NCBI GenBank assembly: GCA_964510435.1
Contig: CAZEBU010000001.1
Location: 52,627 to 116,626, forward strand
Reading direction: 5' to 3'
DNA length: 64,000 nt
From: an uncultured Candidatus Saccharibacteria bacterium
GTDB taxonomy: Bacteria; Patescibacteriota; WWE3; UBA101185; UBA10185
Below, piece after piece: positions 55,957-64,000 of the stretch. How positions within the stretch are numbered: the first letter of the stretch is position 1; each line of letters starts with the position of its first letter. Both the position numbers and the translations under genes were made by a program. Under the pieces are notes generated by a model. It did not search any database, was not told the origin of the DNA, and saw only the letters and a list, made by a program, of their open reading frames with translations.

Positions 55957-56289
55957 ATGTACACTAATTTACCGCTCATGTACAATGCAGACGTGGGCTA
56001 TTCAATAAGATTTGATGAGAAAAAAAATCAATTATTGAAAGCTTCCCGTGATGTTTGCTTCGATGGTGTTGTAGACGCAATTGAGCAAAACAGACTTGTG
56101 GGTAACATAAAACACTTTAAAAAAGACAAATACCCAAATCGGTATCTGTTTTTAGTTGAGGTAAATAACTATATTTACATAGTTCCTTACCTAAAGGACA
56201 TAAAGAAAAAAGAACTATATTTAAAAACTGTGTATCCAAGTAGAAAGTTTACAAAGATGTATAGGAGAAATAATGAAAAAGAAAAATAA
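55957..56289 (+). CDS. brnT: BrnT-family (DUF497) toxin, second copy
   Basis: YSIRFDEKKNQLLKASRDVCFD...YIYIVPYL...KTVYPSRKFTKMYRR. Confidence 0.55.
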   Translation: MYTNLPLMYNADVGYSIRFDEKKNQLLKASRDVCFDGVVDAIEQNRLVGNIKHFKKDKYPNRYLFLVEVNNYIYIVPYLKDIKKKELYLKTVYPSRKFTKMYRRNNEKEK

Positions 56290-56584
56290 TAAAAAAAATC
56301 TATTTGACGATTTGGTTCTAGACACAAATGAACAAGAACTGGAAGATTCTATTCCTAAGCATATGGCTTTTCCGAAAATTTCCGAAAAAGAGAGGGCTGA
56401 TTTTGCACAAGCCGCTTCGAGACATAAAGAGCTTAAAAGATCAAAGAGGATCAATATTCGTATAAACAACCAGGATTTGGCAAAAGTCAAAGCTAAAGCC
56501 AAAGTAAATAACATCCCCTATCAAACTTTAATAAGTTCTTTGGTTCACAAGTATGCCGAAGGGGATTTAAAAGTAACAGTTTAG
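56273..56584 (+). CDS. brnA: BrnA antitoxin, second copy
   Basis: RINIRINNQDLAKVKAKAKVNNIPYQTLISSLVHKYAEGDLKV. Confidence 0.6.
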   Translation: MKKKNNKKNLFDDLVLDTNEQELEDSIPKHMAFPKISEKERADFAQAASRHKELKRSKRINIRINNQDLAKVKAKAKVNNIPYQTLISSLVHKYAEGDLKVTV

Positions 56585-56605
56585 TTTCCCAGATCGTATA
56601 AAAAG

Positions 56606-56634
56606 CTGCAAACGTCGTGTACTATGGTCGACCA
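56606..56634 (+). repeat. junction repeat, copy 12
   Basis: GCTGCAAACGTCGTGTACTATGGTCGACCA, 22 nt after the brnA stop. Confidence 0.6.
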
Positions 56635-56653
56635 AAAACACAATAGAGTCCGG

Positions 56654-58120
56654 TCAATTTTCAGAGGTCTCTCTATACCATACATAAACCTTATTCATGG
56701 TACGGCCCTCATCATTTTTTAACTTCAATACCTCCTTCTTATTCCTGTACTTACCAAATCTTGTGTCGGCGACAAAGCTGGCGGGATCTTTGACTGCAAA
56801 AATGAACATCTTATCCGAGCCGTCTTTATCAAGCTCAAGATAATACTCTGCAATCTTCTTGTTTTCGTTTGTATCAAAAGTAAATTCTTCATAGTCGGGA
56901 TACATTTTTCTAAGTTCTATTGCTGACTCTTTAAAGTAGCGGTTAATTGGAAATCCAATCATATATCGGGACGAATTTTCATGTGTGTATTCCACCGTTT
57001 CCCACTGGTTAAAAAAAGTTTCGCGTTGCCAGGGATATTCTTTTTCCAAATCAACAAACAACATATAACTCTGATATGTAAAAAACACTACCAATACAAT
57101 GATCGGAACTCCAAAAATGACATACCCAACTTTTTTTGTTTTTTCTAAAGCCCAGTCAAGTGCCAATGAAAAGCTAATAAACAAAGGGGTTAAAACAACG
57201 TAAATATGAGTTCCGGAACTTTTAATGAAAAACAAAAACACTAGCACTATCGTCACCAACCACAAGTACTCAAAACGCTCCTTAATTATCGAAAATACTG
57301 AAAACACAAGCGCAAAAACAAAGAAATTTAAAAACAGAAACGGGTTGTACAAAGTTATCAGATATCTATAATTTTCAAGTCTTTCCTGCAAGGACATTTC
57401 ACCTACTGCTCCAGTCCTACCTAACAAATAGACTGCGGTTCCGGTTTCTCCTGAGGCTAAGATATAGGGAATTATATATAAAACAAGTAGCGGTGCTACA
57501 CTAAGCAAAAATGGTAAAACATGGCTTTTTCTTAGTCCTCTAAAAAGATACACCAAAATGATCGGTCCGATAAATACCATGTCCCAATGAAAATAAAAAC
57601 CTAGAGAAAATGTCAACGCACCTAATATCAACGTCCCAAGCCTGCTATTTTTAGAATATAAGTGGAACAAATAAAGAGAGCTTACTGAAAATAGCATCAC
57701 AAAGGAATGATATTGAACTATCTTGCCCAGACCAACGGTAAATCCGTTTACAGCAAATAACAGCGCTCCCGCCACGGCGGTGAGAGGATTAGCGGTGAGT
57801 CTATTGATATATAAAAATAAAATTAAGGTGCTAAAAAAACCCGCTAAAGTGTAAGGAAAACGCATAATAGCTTCGTTATCTAGATCTGCCCCCAATACAA
57901 AAAGTATTTGTGCTACTTGGTATTGAAGTGGGGGCCTTTTGGTTTTGAAAATAAACTCTTTCGAAAAAGTATTAGTGCCTTTTTTTATATAGGTCAAAGT
58001 ACTTGCTTCGTCTTTTGCATAGCCATAAGCACCTATGTTAATTCTCAAAAGTCCGGAAAAAACCACCAACACAAACACGCATATGTAAAATATGTACGAA
58101 CTTCTCTTTGACATACTCAA
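56654..58120 (-). CDS. polytopic membrane glycosyltransferase (GT39/GT83, ArnT/PMT-like)
   Basis: About 12 TM helices and 488 aa. Confidence 0.4.
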   Translation of the reverse strand: MSMSKRSSYIFYICVFVLVVFSGLLRINIGAYGYAKDEASTLTYIKKGTNTFSKEFIFKTKRPPLQYQVAQILFVLGADLDNEAIMRFPYTLAGFFSTLILFLYINRLTANPLTAVAGALLFAVNGFTVGLGKIVQYHSFVMLFSVSSLYLFHLYSKNSRLGTLILGALTFSLGFYFHWDMVFIGPIILVYLFRGLRKSHVLPFLLSVAPLLVLYIIPYILASGETGTAVYLLGRTGAVGEMSLQERLENYRYLITLYNPFLFLNFFVFALVFSVFSIIKERFEYLWLVTIVLVFLFFIKSSGTHIYVVLTPLFISFSLALDWALEKTKKVGYVIFGVPIIVLVVFFTYQSYMLFVDLEKEYPWQRETFFNQWETVEYTHENSSRYMIGFPINRYFKESAIELRKMYPDYEEFTFDTNENKKIAEYYLELDKDGSDKMFIFAVKDPASFVADTRFGKYRNKKEVLKLKNDEGRTMNKVYVWYRETSEN

Positions 58121-58170
58121 ATTATAACTTACTCACTTAACCACCAAGAAAAAAGTTATACTTAATAGAG

Positions 58171-58749
58171 ATGAGCCTCATGCTAAGATACGTACCACCC
58201 ATAAGAAGGGGCTTCACAACCCTGGTTTTTGTCAGCTATTTCGCGGTTCTTTTGGTGCTTTTTCTAGTTTTTACCCAGTACGGTATCATTTCCGTCCTCA
58301 TCTTTACGTTGGCCTACACTATTTTCATGCTTTTTGCCTTCATAACGCTTAGCCAGAGGCACTATATTCAATTATTAGAAGGGGAGGGAGTGCTTATTAT
58401 CCATAGAACATTTAAAAAAATCATGCTGGATATAAATCAGATCAGCAAAATTGACTTATTCGAAACAAAAAGGTCGTACATTCTTTCCATTGGTACTAAA
58501 GATAAAACTAAAGATTATTCACTTTCCGGCTCGTTAAGCTTCGAAGAACCTCCTTTTGTACCGTTTTTAAGACAAATAGAAACTTTGAAACCAACCATAG
58601 AGCTAGGAGATTATTGCCGGCAAATCCTCCATGGAGATGCAAATTTCAACCCCTGGTCGCCAAAAATGTACTATGCCTACTGGACTTATATTGTTGTTGT
58701 CGTCGTTTATTATCTAGCCCTCCTTGTCGCCCTTAATATCCTCAAGTGA
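58171..58749 (+). CDS. hypothetical membrane protein
   Basis: Four TM helices. Confidence 0.3.
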   Translation: MSLMLRYVPPIRRGFTTLVFVSYFAVLLVLFLVFTQYGIISVLIFTLAYTIFMLFAFITLSQRHYIQLLEGEGVLIIHRTFKKIMLDINQISKIDLFETKRSYILSIGTKDKTKDYSLSGSLSFEEPPFVPFLRQIETLKPTIELGDYCRQILHGDANFNPWSPKMYYAYWTYIVVVVVYYLALLVALNILK

Positions 58750-58794
58750 GCTATGTGAGGGCGCTGTCTTTACCTTTGGTACAATAAATTCATC

Positions 58795-59970
58795 ATGAAA
58801 AAGATCCTCATTATAATCCCTTTGCTTCTTATACTCTTGGTGGGGTTTTCCTTTGTACGAAAAAACACTCATATCCTTACCATTAATCCGTCGGCGGAGA
58901 TAGAGGTGGAAAAAGAACTTGGCAACTTAGTTTCGCAAAATATTAATGTAGACGGGGTCGAAAGAATTTTATACCTCCCAAAAGGCTATAAGATCTCCGT
59001 CTTTGCCAGGGGTTTTAGTAAACCGCGCTCTTTTGACTTTGACAATAAAGGTAACATTTACCTTGCTGACAAAGGAACCGGTCAAGTCATGATCATTAAA
59101 CCAAGCGGAACTACCACCGAACTGGAAAGCGGCTTAAGAAATATCCATGGCATAGATTGGTATAACAATGATCTTTATGTAGCCGAAGAAAACCAAGTTA
59201 TTGTTTATAGACAAATTACTGAAAATGCCGATTACGCAAAAAAAGAAGTACTCATAGAAGATCTTCCTTCAGGAGGAAATCACACAACACGCACTATTGC
59301 CATTTCTCCTGACGAGAAATTATTTGTTTCCGTGGGATCAAGCTGTAATGTATGTGAGGAAAAGGACGAGAGACGCGCTGCTCTTTTGGTTTATGATCTA
59401 GATGGTTCCAATGAAGAAATATTTGCCGTAGGACTAAGAAACACCGTTGGCTTTATCTTTAAAGAACTGATCAACGGTTATGAGATCTGGGGGGTCGATA
59501 ACGGACGTGATCTAATTGGCGATGATACCCCCGTAGAAGAAGTGAACGTCATTAAGAAAGGTATGCACTACGGCTGGCCTTACTGTCACGGTAGCGGCAT
59601 TCCCAACCCGGAATATCCCTCTAAAGAAAATTTCTGCCGACATAGTTCTGTATTTCCCACCTTCGAAATGCAGGCCCACTCCGCACCTTTGGGTTTAAGT
59701 TTCGCGCCGGGAAAATTTGCCAAAAACAGGCTTAGGGACAACTTATTAATTACTTTTCACGGTTCCTGGAACAGAACCATCCCCACCGGCTATAAAGTGG
59801 TAAGAATAGACACCTCAGATCCACAAGCGAAACCGGTTAATTTCATCACAGGCTGGCTCATGGAAAACGGGCAGGCCTGGGGCAGACCGGTGGAAATTAA
59901 ATTTTTCGGTGATATGTTATTTATTACCGATGACAGAGCAGGTGTAATTTACAAAGTCATATATAATTAA
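58795..59970 (+). CDS. PQQ-dependent sugar dehydrogenase (soluble aldose/sorbosone dehydrogenase family beta-propeller)
   Basis: An N-terminal signal anchor and propeller motifs, including the HGIDWYNNDLYVAEEN and GRPVEI stretches. Confidence 0.5.
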   Translation: MKKILIIIPLLLILLVGFSFVRKNTHILTINPSAEIEVEKELGNLVSQNINVDGVERILYLPKGYKISVFARGFSKPRSFDFDNKGNIYLADKGTGQVMIIKPSGTTTELESGLRNIHGIDWYNNDLYVAEENQVIVYRQITENADYAKKEVLIEDLPSGGNHTTRTIAISPDEKLFVSVGSSCNVCEEKDERRAALLVYDLDGSNEEIFAVGLRNTVGFIFKELINGYEIWGVDNGRDLIGDDTPVEEVNVIKKGMHYGWPYCHGSGIPNPEYPSKENFCRHSSVFPTFEMQAHSAPLGLSFAPGKFAKNRLRDNLLITFHGSWNRTIPTGYKVVRIDTSDPQAKPVNFITGWLMENGQAWGRPVEIKFFGDMLFITDDRAGVIYKVIYN

Positions 59971-59973
59971 GGC

Positions 59974-60498
59974 ATGTACCGCACAGTTTATACGGTAAGA
60001 CATGGGCATTACAGAATACCGCATCCGAGAAAAAATCCTGATGGATCGGAACCCTCCGTTTTAAGCATTATGGGCATAGAGAGTATTGTTACTTTGTCAC
60101 ACAAATTAAGGCACATAGATAAAGATATTAAAAAAATTTACGCCAGCCCCCTAAAGAGAACTATGGAAACTGCAGAGATACTTGCCAAGATCCTTAGAGT
60201 AGATGTTACCGTTAGAGACAACATTCGAGAAAATTATTTCAAAGATGGTAATTTAGACCATTTAAAAGACGTCTACATGAAATTCAGAGAGTGCACTGAT
60301 GAGGTACTGGATTTTAAAGATGGTAACTCCATCATTGTTTCCCATAAATTCCCCATGAGCCTCTTTGTGGCTAGAGCCTCCGGTTTTTCTTTCAAGGAGA
60401 TCTCTGAGGATAGAAGGCATATTAACTTGGTGCGAATGGGAGATTGCCTAAAACTGGAATTTAATAACCGTGACCTAGTAAAATACGAAAGAATATAG
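59974..60498 (+). CDS. histidine phosphatase (phosphoglycerate-mutase-like/SixA) family protein
   Basis: An N-terminal RHG motif, VYTVRHGHYR. Confidence 0.55.
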   Translation: MYRTVYTVRHGHYRIPHPRKNPDGSEPSVLSIMGIESIVTLSHKLRHIDKDIKKIYASPLKRTMETAEILAKILRVDVTVRDNIRENYFKDGNLDHLKDVYMKFRECTDEVLDFKDGNSIIVSHKFPMSLFVARASGFSFKEISEDRRHINLVRMGDCLKLEFNNRDLVKYERI

Positions 60499-61221
60499 CT
60501 ACATCTCTCCCAGTAATTTTAGTTCAAGCTCAGAAACTTTATATATACCCGACTCAATAAGATAAGTTTGAATATTTTTATCGAATCCGGTAATGATCAA
60601 CAACCCGACTACTATGAAAATGATTCCTAAAACCTTCTTAAATTTACTATGAGGATCCGCCAGCCAAGACAGTTTGGACACTATCCTCTGCCCGAAAACA
60701 GCAATGAGTAATAACACGATGGCTAAACCTAAAACATAGACTATAACGTTTACCAAGCCAACTAAAAAACTTTGGGGAAGAACGGTAGCCACTATAAGTG
60801 CGTAAGTAGGACTGCAGCTGGAAAAAACAGGTCCTAAGGCAGAACCCATCATGATATCTCCCAAGTAACCTTTTTTACGAGACGAGCTCTGCAATAGAGC
60901 ATGAGAGGAAGATGTGAGCTTGAGTTTTTTGGAAACCTTGTCCCATAATCCGGGGAACAAGGTAATAATTCCAAACACCAAGACAATGCTTCCGGAAATA
61001 ACTGCCCAAACCATAGTATCCACACCCAATAAAAGTGAGGTAGCCTTAAGAAGAAGTGTAAAAATCACTAAGGAGATGCTCAAGGATAAAATGATAATGT
61101 AGGGTTTTTTCCTATTACTTCCCGGCACTGAACTACCTATAATGACCGGTAGTAAAGGCAAAACACATGGTGCTGCAATAGTTAAGATGCCAGCTATAAA
61201 AGATGTAAATAAAAGTGCCAT
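60499..61221 (-). CDS. ccdA: cytochrome c-type biogenesis / disulfide-reductant transporter CcdA (DsbD transmembrane domain)
   Basis: GILTIAAPCVLPLLPVIIG and a second conserved Cys in FSSCSPT. Confidence 0.7.
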   Translation of the reverse strand: MALLFTSFIAGILTIAAPCVLPLLPVIIGSSVPGSNRKKPYIIILSLSISLVIFTLLLKATSLLLGVDTMVWAVISGSIVLVFGIITLFPGLWDKVSKKLKLTSSSHALLQSSSRKKGYLGDIMMGSALGPVFSSCSPTYALIVATVLPQSFLVGLVNVIVYVLGLAIVLLLIAVFGQRIVSKLSWLADPHSKFKKVLGIIFIVVGLLIITGFDKNIQTYLIESGIYKVSELELKLLGEM

Positions 61222-61236
61222 ATATTTATCCCCGGA

Positions 61237-62133
61237 CTAAATTATCTGCGAAAGAAGCCGTTCTAGAGTCAGGCTGCCATTCCACTTGGTCAGCTCATTG
61301 CCATTCTCATCTACCTGCACTAAAGTATGTTGAATTCTCACATTATATTTTTTCTTCATCGCCGTACTGGTATCATAATCAACCTTCAATATGGAAACAT
61401 CAGCAGGTATTTTGTCTAAATTGTTGTTGATATCTCTAGTCAAAGCATTACAAGTCGGGCACCAGGAGGCGGTAAAAAATATAATAACATCTCCATCCCT
61501 AGCATTAGCCAATAGAGCAGGATCGTAATCTTGGAAAATACCTGTGGAAGGTCCACTATTGTTGTTTTGCATCTCCCAATCAAGAGGTCCCGCTAAAATA
61601 TGTGTTGCCAGCGCAGGATCTCCATCCCTCGGTTCCAACGTGAGAACATACCTTTTATACATCATGATAGCAACGTTATCGAAAGTAGCCTCATTTACAT
61701 GAACTCCATTTTTATTGAGTACTGCCTCTCCTGTACTGGTAACACTACCACCGGTTGAGGTATCCACAAGCCAGCCTTCGTAAAAAAAACCATCACCTAA
61801 TACAGGTAAGTTTTCAAAATCGGCATTAAGCATGTACACGCCGTTCTTTTCGCTGATGACAACTGTTCCGAAAGCTTCTTCTTCCGGGGAATAACCGGGA
61901 ATGTCCTCACCCCCTGTAACATCCTCCAGATAAGAAACGTGTTCAACGCTGGCTACTCCATTTGGGGTAGGTACCGTTCCGGTTTTCCCTCCTGCAGATT
62001 TTTGTGATACTTGAGTATCCGAAACACCGCTTCCGGGTGTGTCTTTATTTTGGTTAGCCACAAACAAAAATCCGCCTGCTACAAGCAAGCCAATGATGAT
62101 AAACAATGGGATTAAATTGGAGTATATTTTCAT
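61237..62133 (-). CDS. membrane-anchored thioredoxin-fold thiol:disulfide oxidoreductase (TlpA/ResA-like) with a large N-terminal extracytoplasmic domain
   Basis: C-terminal FFTASWCPTCN. Confidence 0.55.
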   Translation of the reverse strand: MKIYSNLIPLFIIIGLLVAGGFLFVANQNKDTPGSGVSDTQVSQKSAGGKTGTVPTPNGVASVEHVSYLEDVTGGEDIPGYSPEEEAFGTVVISEKNGVYMLNADFENLPVLGDGFFYEGWLVDTSTGGSVTSTGEAVLNKNGVHVNEATFDNVAIMMYKRYVLTLEPRDGDPALATHILAGPLDWEMQNNNSGPSTGIFQDYDPALLANARDGDVIIFFTASWCPTCNALTRDINNNLDKIPADVSILKVDYDTSTAMKKKYNVRIQHTLVQVDENGNELTKWNGSLTLERLLSQII

Positions 62134-62196
62134 AATATATCTATAATAATCGATATGTTATTTCTGTCAACTCTCCTTGGCTGATACAATTAGCCT

Positions 62197-63135
62197 ATGA
62201 AAAATGCTGTAGTCACCGGAGGCGCCGGTTTTTTGGGAAGTCATCTCTGCGATTACCTTATCAACAAGAAATACAGCGTGATCTGTTTGGATAATCTCTT
62301 CACGGGAAGTAAAGAAAATGTCAGACATTTACTCGAGCATGATAATTTCCATTTCATCAACCACGACATCATCGAACCAATTTTTTTAGACGAACTCATC
62401 ATCGACGAAATATACAACCTTGCCTGTCCCGCTTCTCCAATTCATTATCAACACAACCCTGTACGTACCATAAAAGCTAATACTATTGGTGTGATCAATA
62501 TGCTGGGTTTGGCTAAAAAACATAAGGCGAAGATACTACAAGCTTCCACTTCCGAGGTCTATGGAGATCCTCTGGAACATCCCCAAAAAGAATCTTATAG
62601 AGGAAACGTGAATCCTATTGGTCCTAGAGCCTGCTATGACGAAGGAAAAAGAGTCGCTGAAACACTGTTTTTTGACTATCACAGAAAACACAAATTGGGC
62701 ATTAAGGTAGTAAGAATATTTAACACTTACGGTCCTCGCATGGATAAAAATGATGGACGCGTAATTTCAAATTTCGTTATGCAAGCCTTAAATAATAAGC
62801 CAATAACCATCAACGGGGATGGTACACAGACTAGATCTTTTTGCTACGTTAGCGATGAGGTAGAGGGTATTTACAAAACGATGCAGAAAAAAGATTTCAT
62901 AGGTCCGGTGAACATAGGAAACCCCAATGAAATAACCATGCTGGGTTTGGCAGAAAAAATAATAAAAATCACCAACTCAAAATCGGAAATAACTCACCGG
63001 GAATTACCCGAAGACGATCCTAAAAAACGAAAGCCGGATATTAGTTTGGCCAAAAAGGAGCTCGGCTGGATGCCAAAAATCGGTATTGAGAAGGGATTAA
63101 AAGAAACAATAGATTATTTTAAGAGTCTTAAGTAA
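62197..63135 (+). CDS. uxs: UDP-glucuronate decarboxylase (UDP-xylose synthase), an SDR-type NAD-dependent epimerase/dehydratase
   Basis: VTGGAGFLGSHL, a YxxxK catalytic motif, and whole-length similarity to UXS-type enzymes. Confidence 0.75.
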   Translation: MKNAVVTGGAGFLGSHLCDYLINKKYSVICLDNLFTGSKENVRHLLEHDNFHFINHDIIEPIFLDELIIDEIYNLACPASPIHYQHNPVRTIKANTIGVINMLGLAKKHKAKILQASTSEVYGDPLEHPQKESYRGNVNPIGPRACYDEGKRVAETLFFDYHRKHKLGIKVVRIFNTYGPRMDKNDGRVISNFVMQALNNKPITINGDGTQTRSFCYVSDEVEGIYKTMQKKDFIGPVNIGNPNEITMLGLAEKIIKITNSKSEITHRELPEDDPKKRKPDISLAKKELGWMPKIGIEKGLKETIDYFKSLK

Positions 63136-64000
63136 CTTCTCTAACAACAAAAGTATCTTTTCCACTGGCTTCAAAATAAACTCTCATCATGAGTTCTCCC
63201 AGCATACCGATCATCATGGACTGCACCCCCAAAACCAGCATTAAGATAGAAACAATAAATAAGGGTCTACTGCCAATACTCTGCCCCATAATTTTCAAAA
63301 CCAGCATATAAGACGTCCCCAAAGCACCCACACCGGCGATAATAGCGCCCGTAAACCCAAAAAGTCTGCCTGGCATGGCATAAAAAGGTTTTTTAGCAAA
63401 ATAAAGCATAAAGGTCAACGTGACAATATCCAGTAAAACCTTAACGGTTCTTCGTTGCTTGCTGTAGGTGGATGCCCCATAATCCCTATCTTGAAAATCC
63501 ACTTCGAACTCGGTCATTTTCGCACCATACAAAGTTAGATAGTCGGGAATAAACCTATGCATTTCACCGTATAGTTTTAAGTTGTCCAGTAATACGCGTT
63601 TAAAGCCTTTCATGCCGGAACCTCTGTCTTTCATCCGTACTCCGGAGATCCTGTCGATTATTTTATTAGCTAAACTGCTCTTCACTGCTCTATCTTTGCC
63701 CCACCTACCCACCCGATTGGTATTTACAAAATCATACCCTTCGTCTAAATATGCGATCACTTTTTGCATATTGTTCACAGGTATTTCCAGATCCGCGGCC
63801 ACCGTTATAACATAGTCTCCTTTAACCTCCTTAAATCCTGCCATGTAGGCCTGAGATAGTCCGTAATTGGTCATCAAGTTAACACCTGTGATGTGCACAT
63901 TACTTTTGGCATATTCTTTAATTATCTCCCAGGTTCCATCACTGCTGCCGTCATTTACCGCGATTATTTGCAAGTGATATTTTTTTTCTTCTGCCAAAGC
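63128..64000 (-). CDS. GT2-family glycosyltransferase (dolichyl-phosphate mannose/glucose synthase-like with a C-terminal TM), 5' end outside the window
   Basis: IIAVNDGSSDGT, a DxD-type motif (VAADLE) and C-terminal TM helices. The reading frame stays open to the window end. Confidence 0.6.
   Translation of the reverse strand, partial: ALAEEKKYHLQIIAVNDGSSDGTWEIIKEYAKSNVHITGVNLMTNYGLSQAYMAGFKEVKGDYVITVAADLEIPVNNMQKVIAYLDEGYDFVNTNRVGRWGKDRAVKSSLANKIIDRISGVRMKDRGSGMKGFKRVLLDNLKLYGEMHRFIPDYLTLYGAKMTEFEVDFQDRDYGASTYSKQRRTVKVLLDIVTLTFMLYFAKKPFYAMPGRLFGFTGAIIAGVGALGTSYMLVLKIMGQSIGSRPLFIVSILMLVLGVQSMMIGMLGELMMRVYFEASGKDTFVVREVT

Larger units (their letters stand above)
50265..56640. mobile_element. 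second tRNA-Pro-associated accessory island (boundaries approximate)
   Basis: Junction repeats at 53702, 55799 and 56606, a tRNA-like fragment at 55917-55937, and a second brnTA cassette. Confidence 0.35.

Noticed and set aside
28274-56634. Junction repeats as canonical integron attC sites
   Set aside because: They have no RYYYAAC/GTTRRRY inverse-core pair, and no extrahelical-base-type imperfect palindrome of 50-150 bp. No intI is present. They are reported as cassette-junction repeats of unknown mechanism instead.

Overview
This 64-kb window comes from a low-GC (roughly 35-40%) bacterial genome. The bacterial assignment rests on bacterial-type TruB, UppS, CcdA and PilB/GspE-like proteins and two 76-77-nt tRNA-Pro genes with an encoded CCA. 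The short genes, fermentative gene content and a minimal PilB suggest a small-genome, possibly CPR/Patescibacteria-like organism, but that is inference only. The window has three zones. (1) 1-27 kb is mostly housekeeping. It holds a minus-strand operon for ferredoxin, 2-oxoacid:ferredoxin oxidoreductase (beta, and a fused gamma-alpha) and an ADP-forming acetyl-CoA synthetase carrying an unusual C-terminal FNR-like domain. It also holds a PilB/GspE-type ATPase, a MEMO1-AMMECR1 fusion, UppS with a polyprenyl synthase, TruB, Tgt, 6-phosphogluconolactonase and others. (2) 27-44 kb is an accessory island that starts at a tRNA-Pro(GGG) gene (27001-27077). It is built from small modules: DUF3800, NUDIX, ATP-cone/Mrr nuclease, a CsoR-controlled copper P1B-ATPase cluster, a PIN/HTH pair, BrnT/BrnA, HEPN/MNT, a ParB-like/kinase fusion, Phd-VapC, HD, ASCH and ParB-like genes. 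Many modules are separated by a conserved ~30-bp repeat (consensus close to AAGTTGCAAACGTCGTTCACTATGGTCGACCA, with a palindromic GTCGAC core), and some copies sit beside tRNA-Pro 3'-end-like fragments. (3) 44-50 kb is core metabolism: 6PGDH, an MDR dehydrogenase, a VOC protein, Bcp, a Met-rich cupredoxin, a membrane glycosyltransferase and a CarS-like protein. Then comes a second, paralogous tRNA-Pro(CGG) at 50189-50264 that carries the same conserved 5' leader and 3' flank as the first copy. A smaller island (50.3-56.6 kb) follows, with the same boundary repeat and a second BrnT/BrnA cassette. After that come glycosylation, redox and cell-envelope genes: CcdA, a thioredoxin-like protein, a PQQ-dependent sugar dehydrogenase, Uxs and a GT2. 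No integrase, recombinase, CRISPR array or rRNA gene was found in the window.
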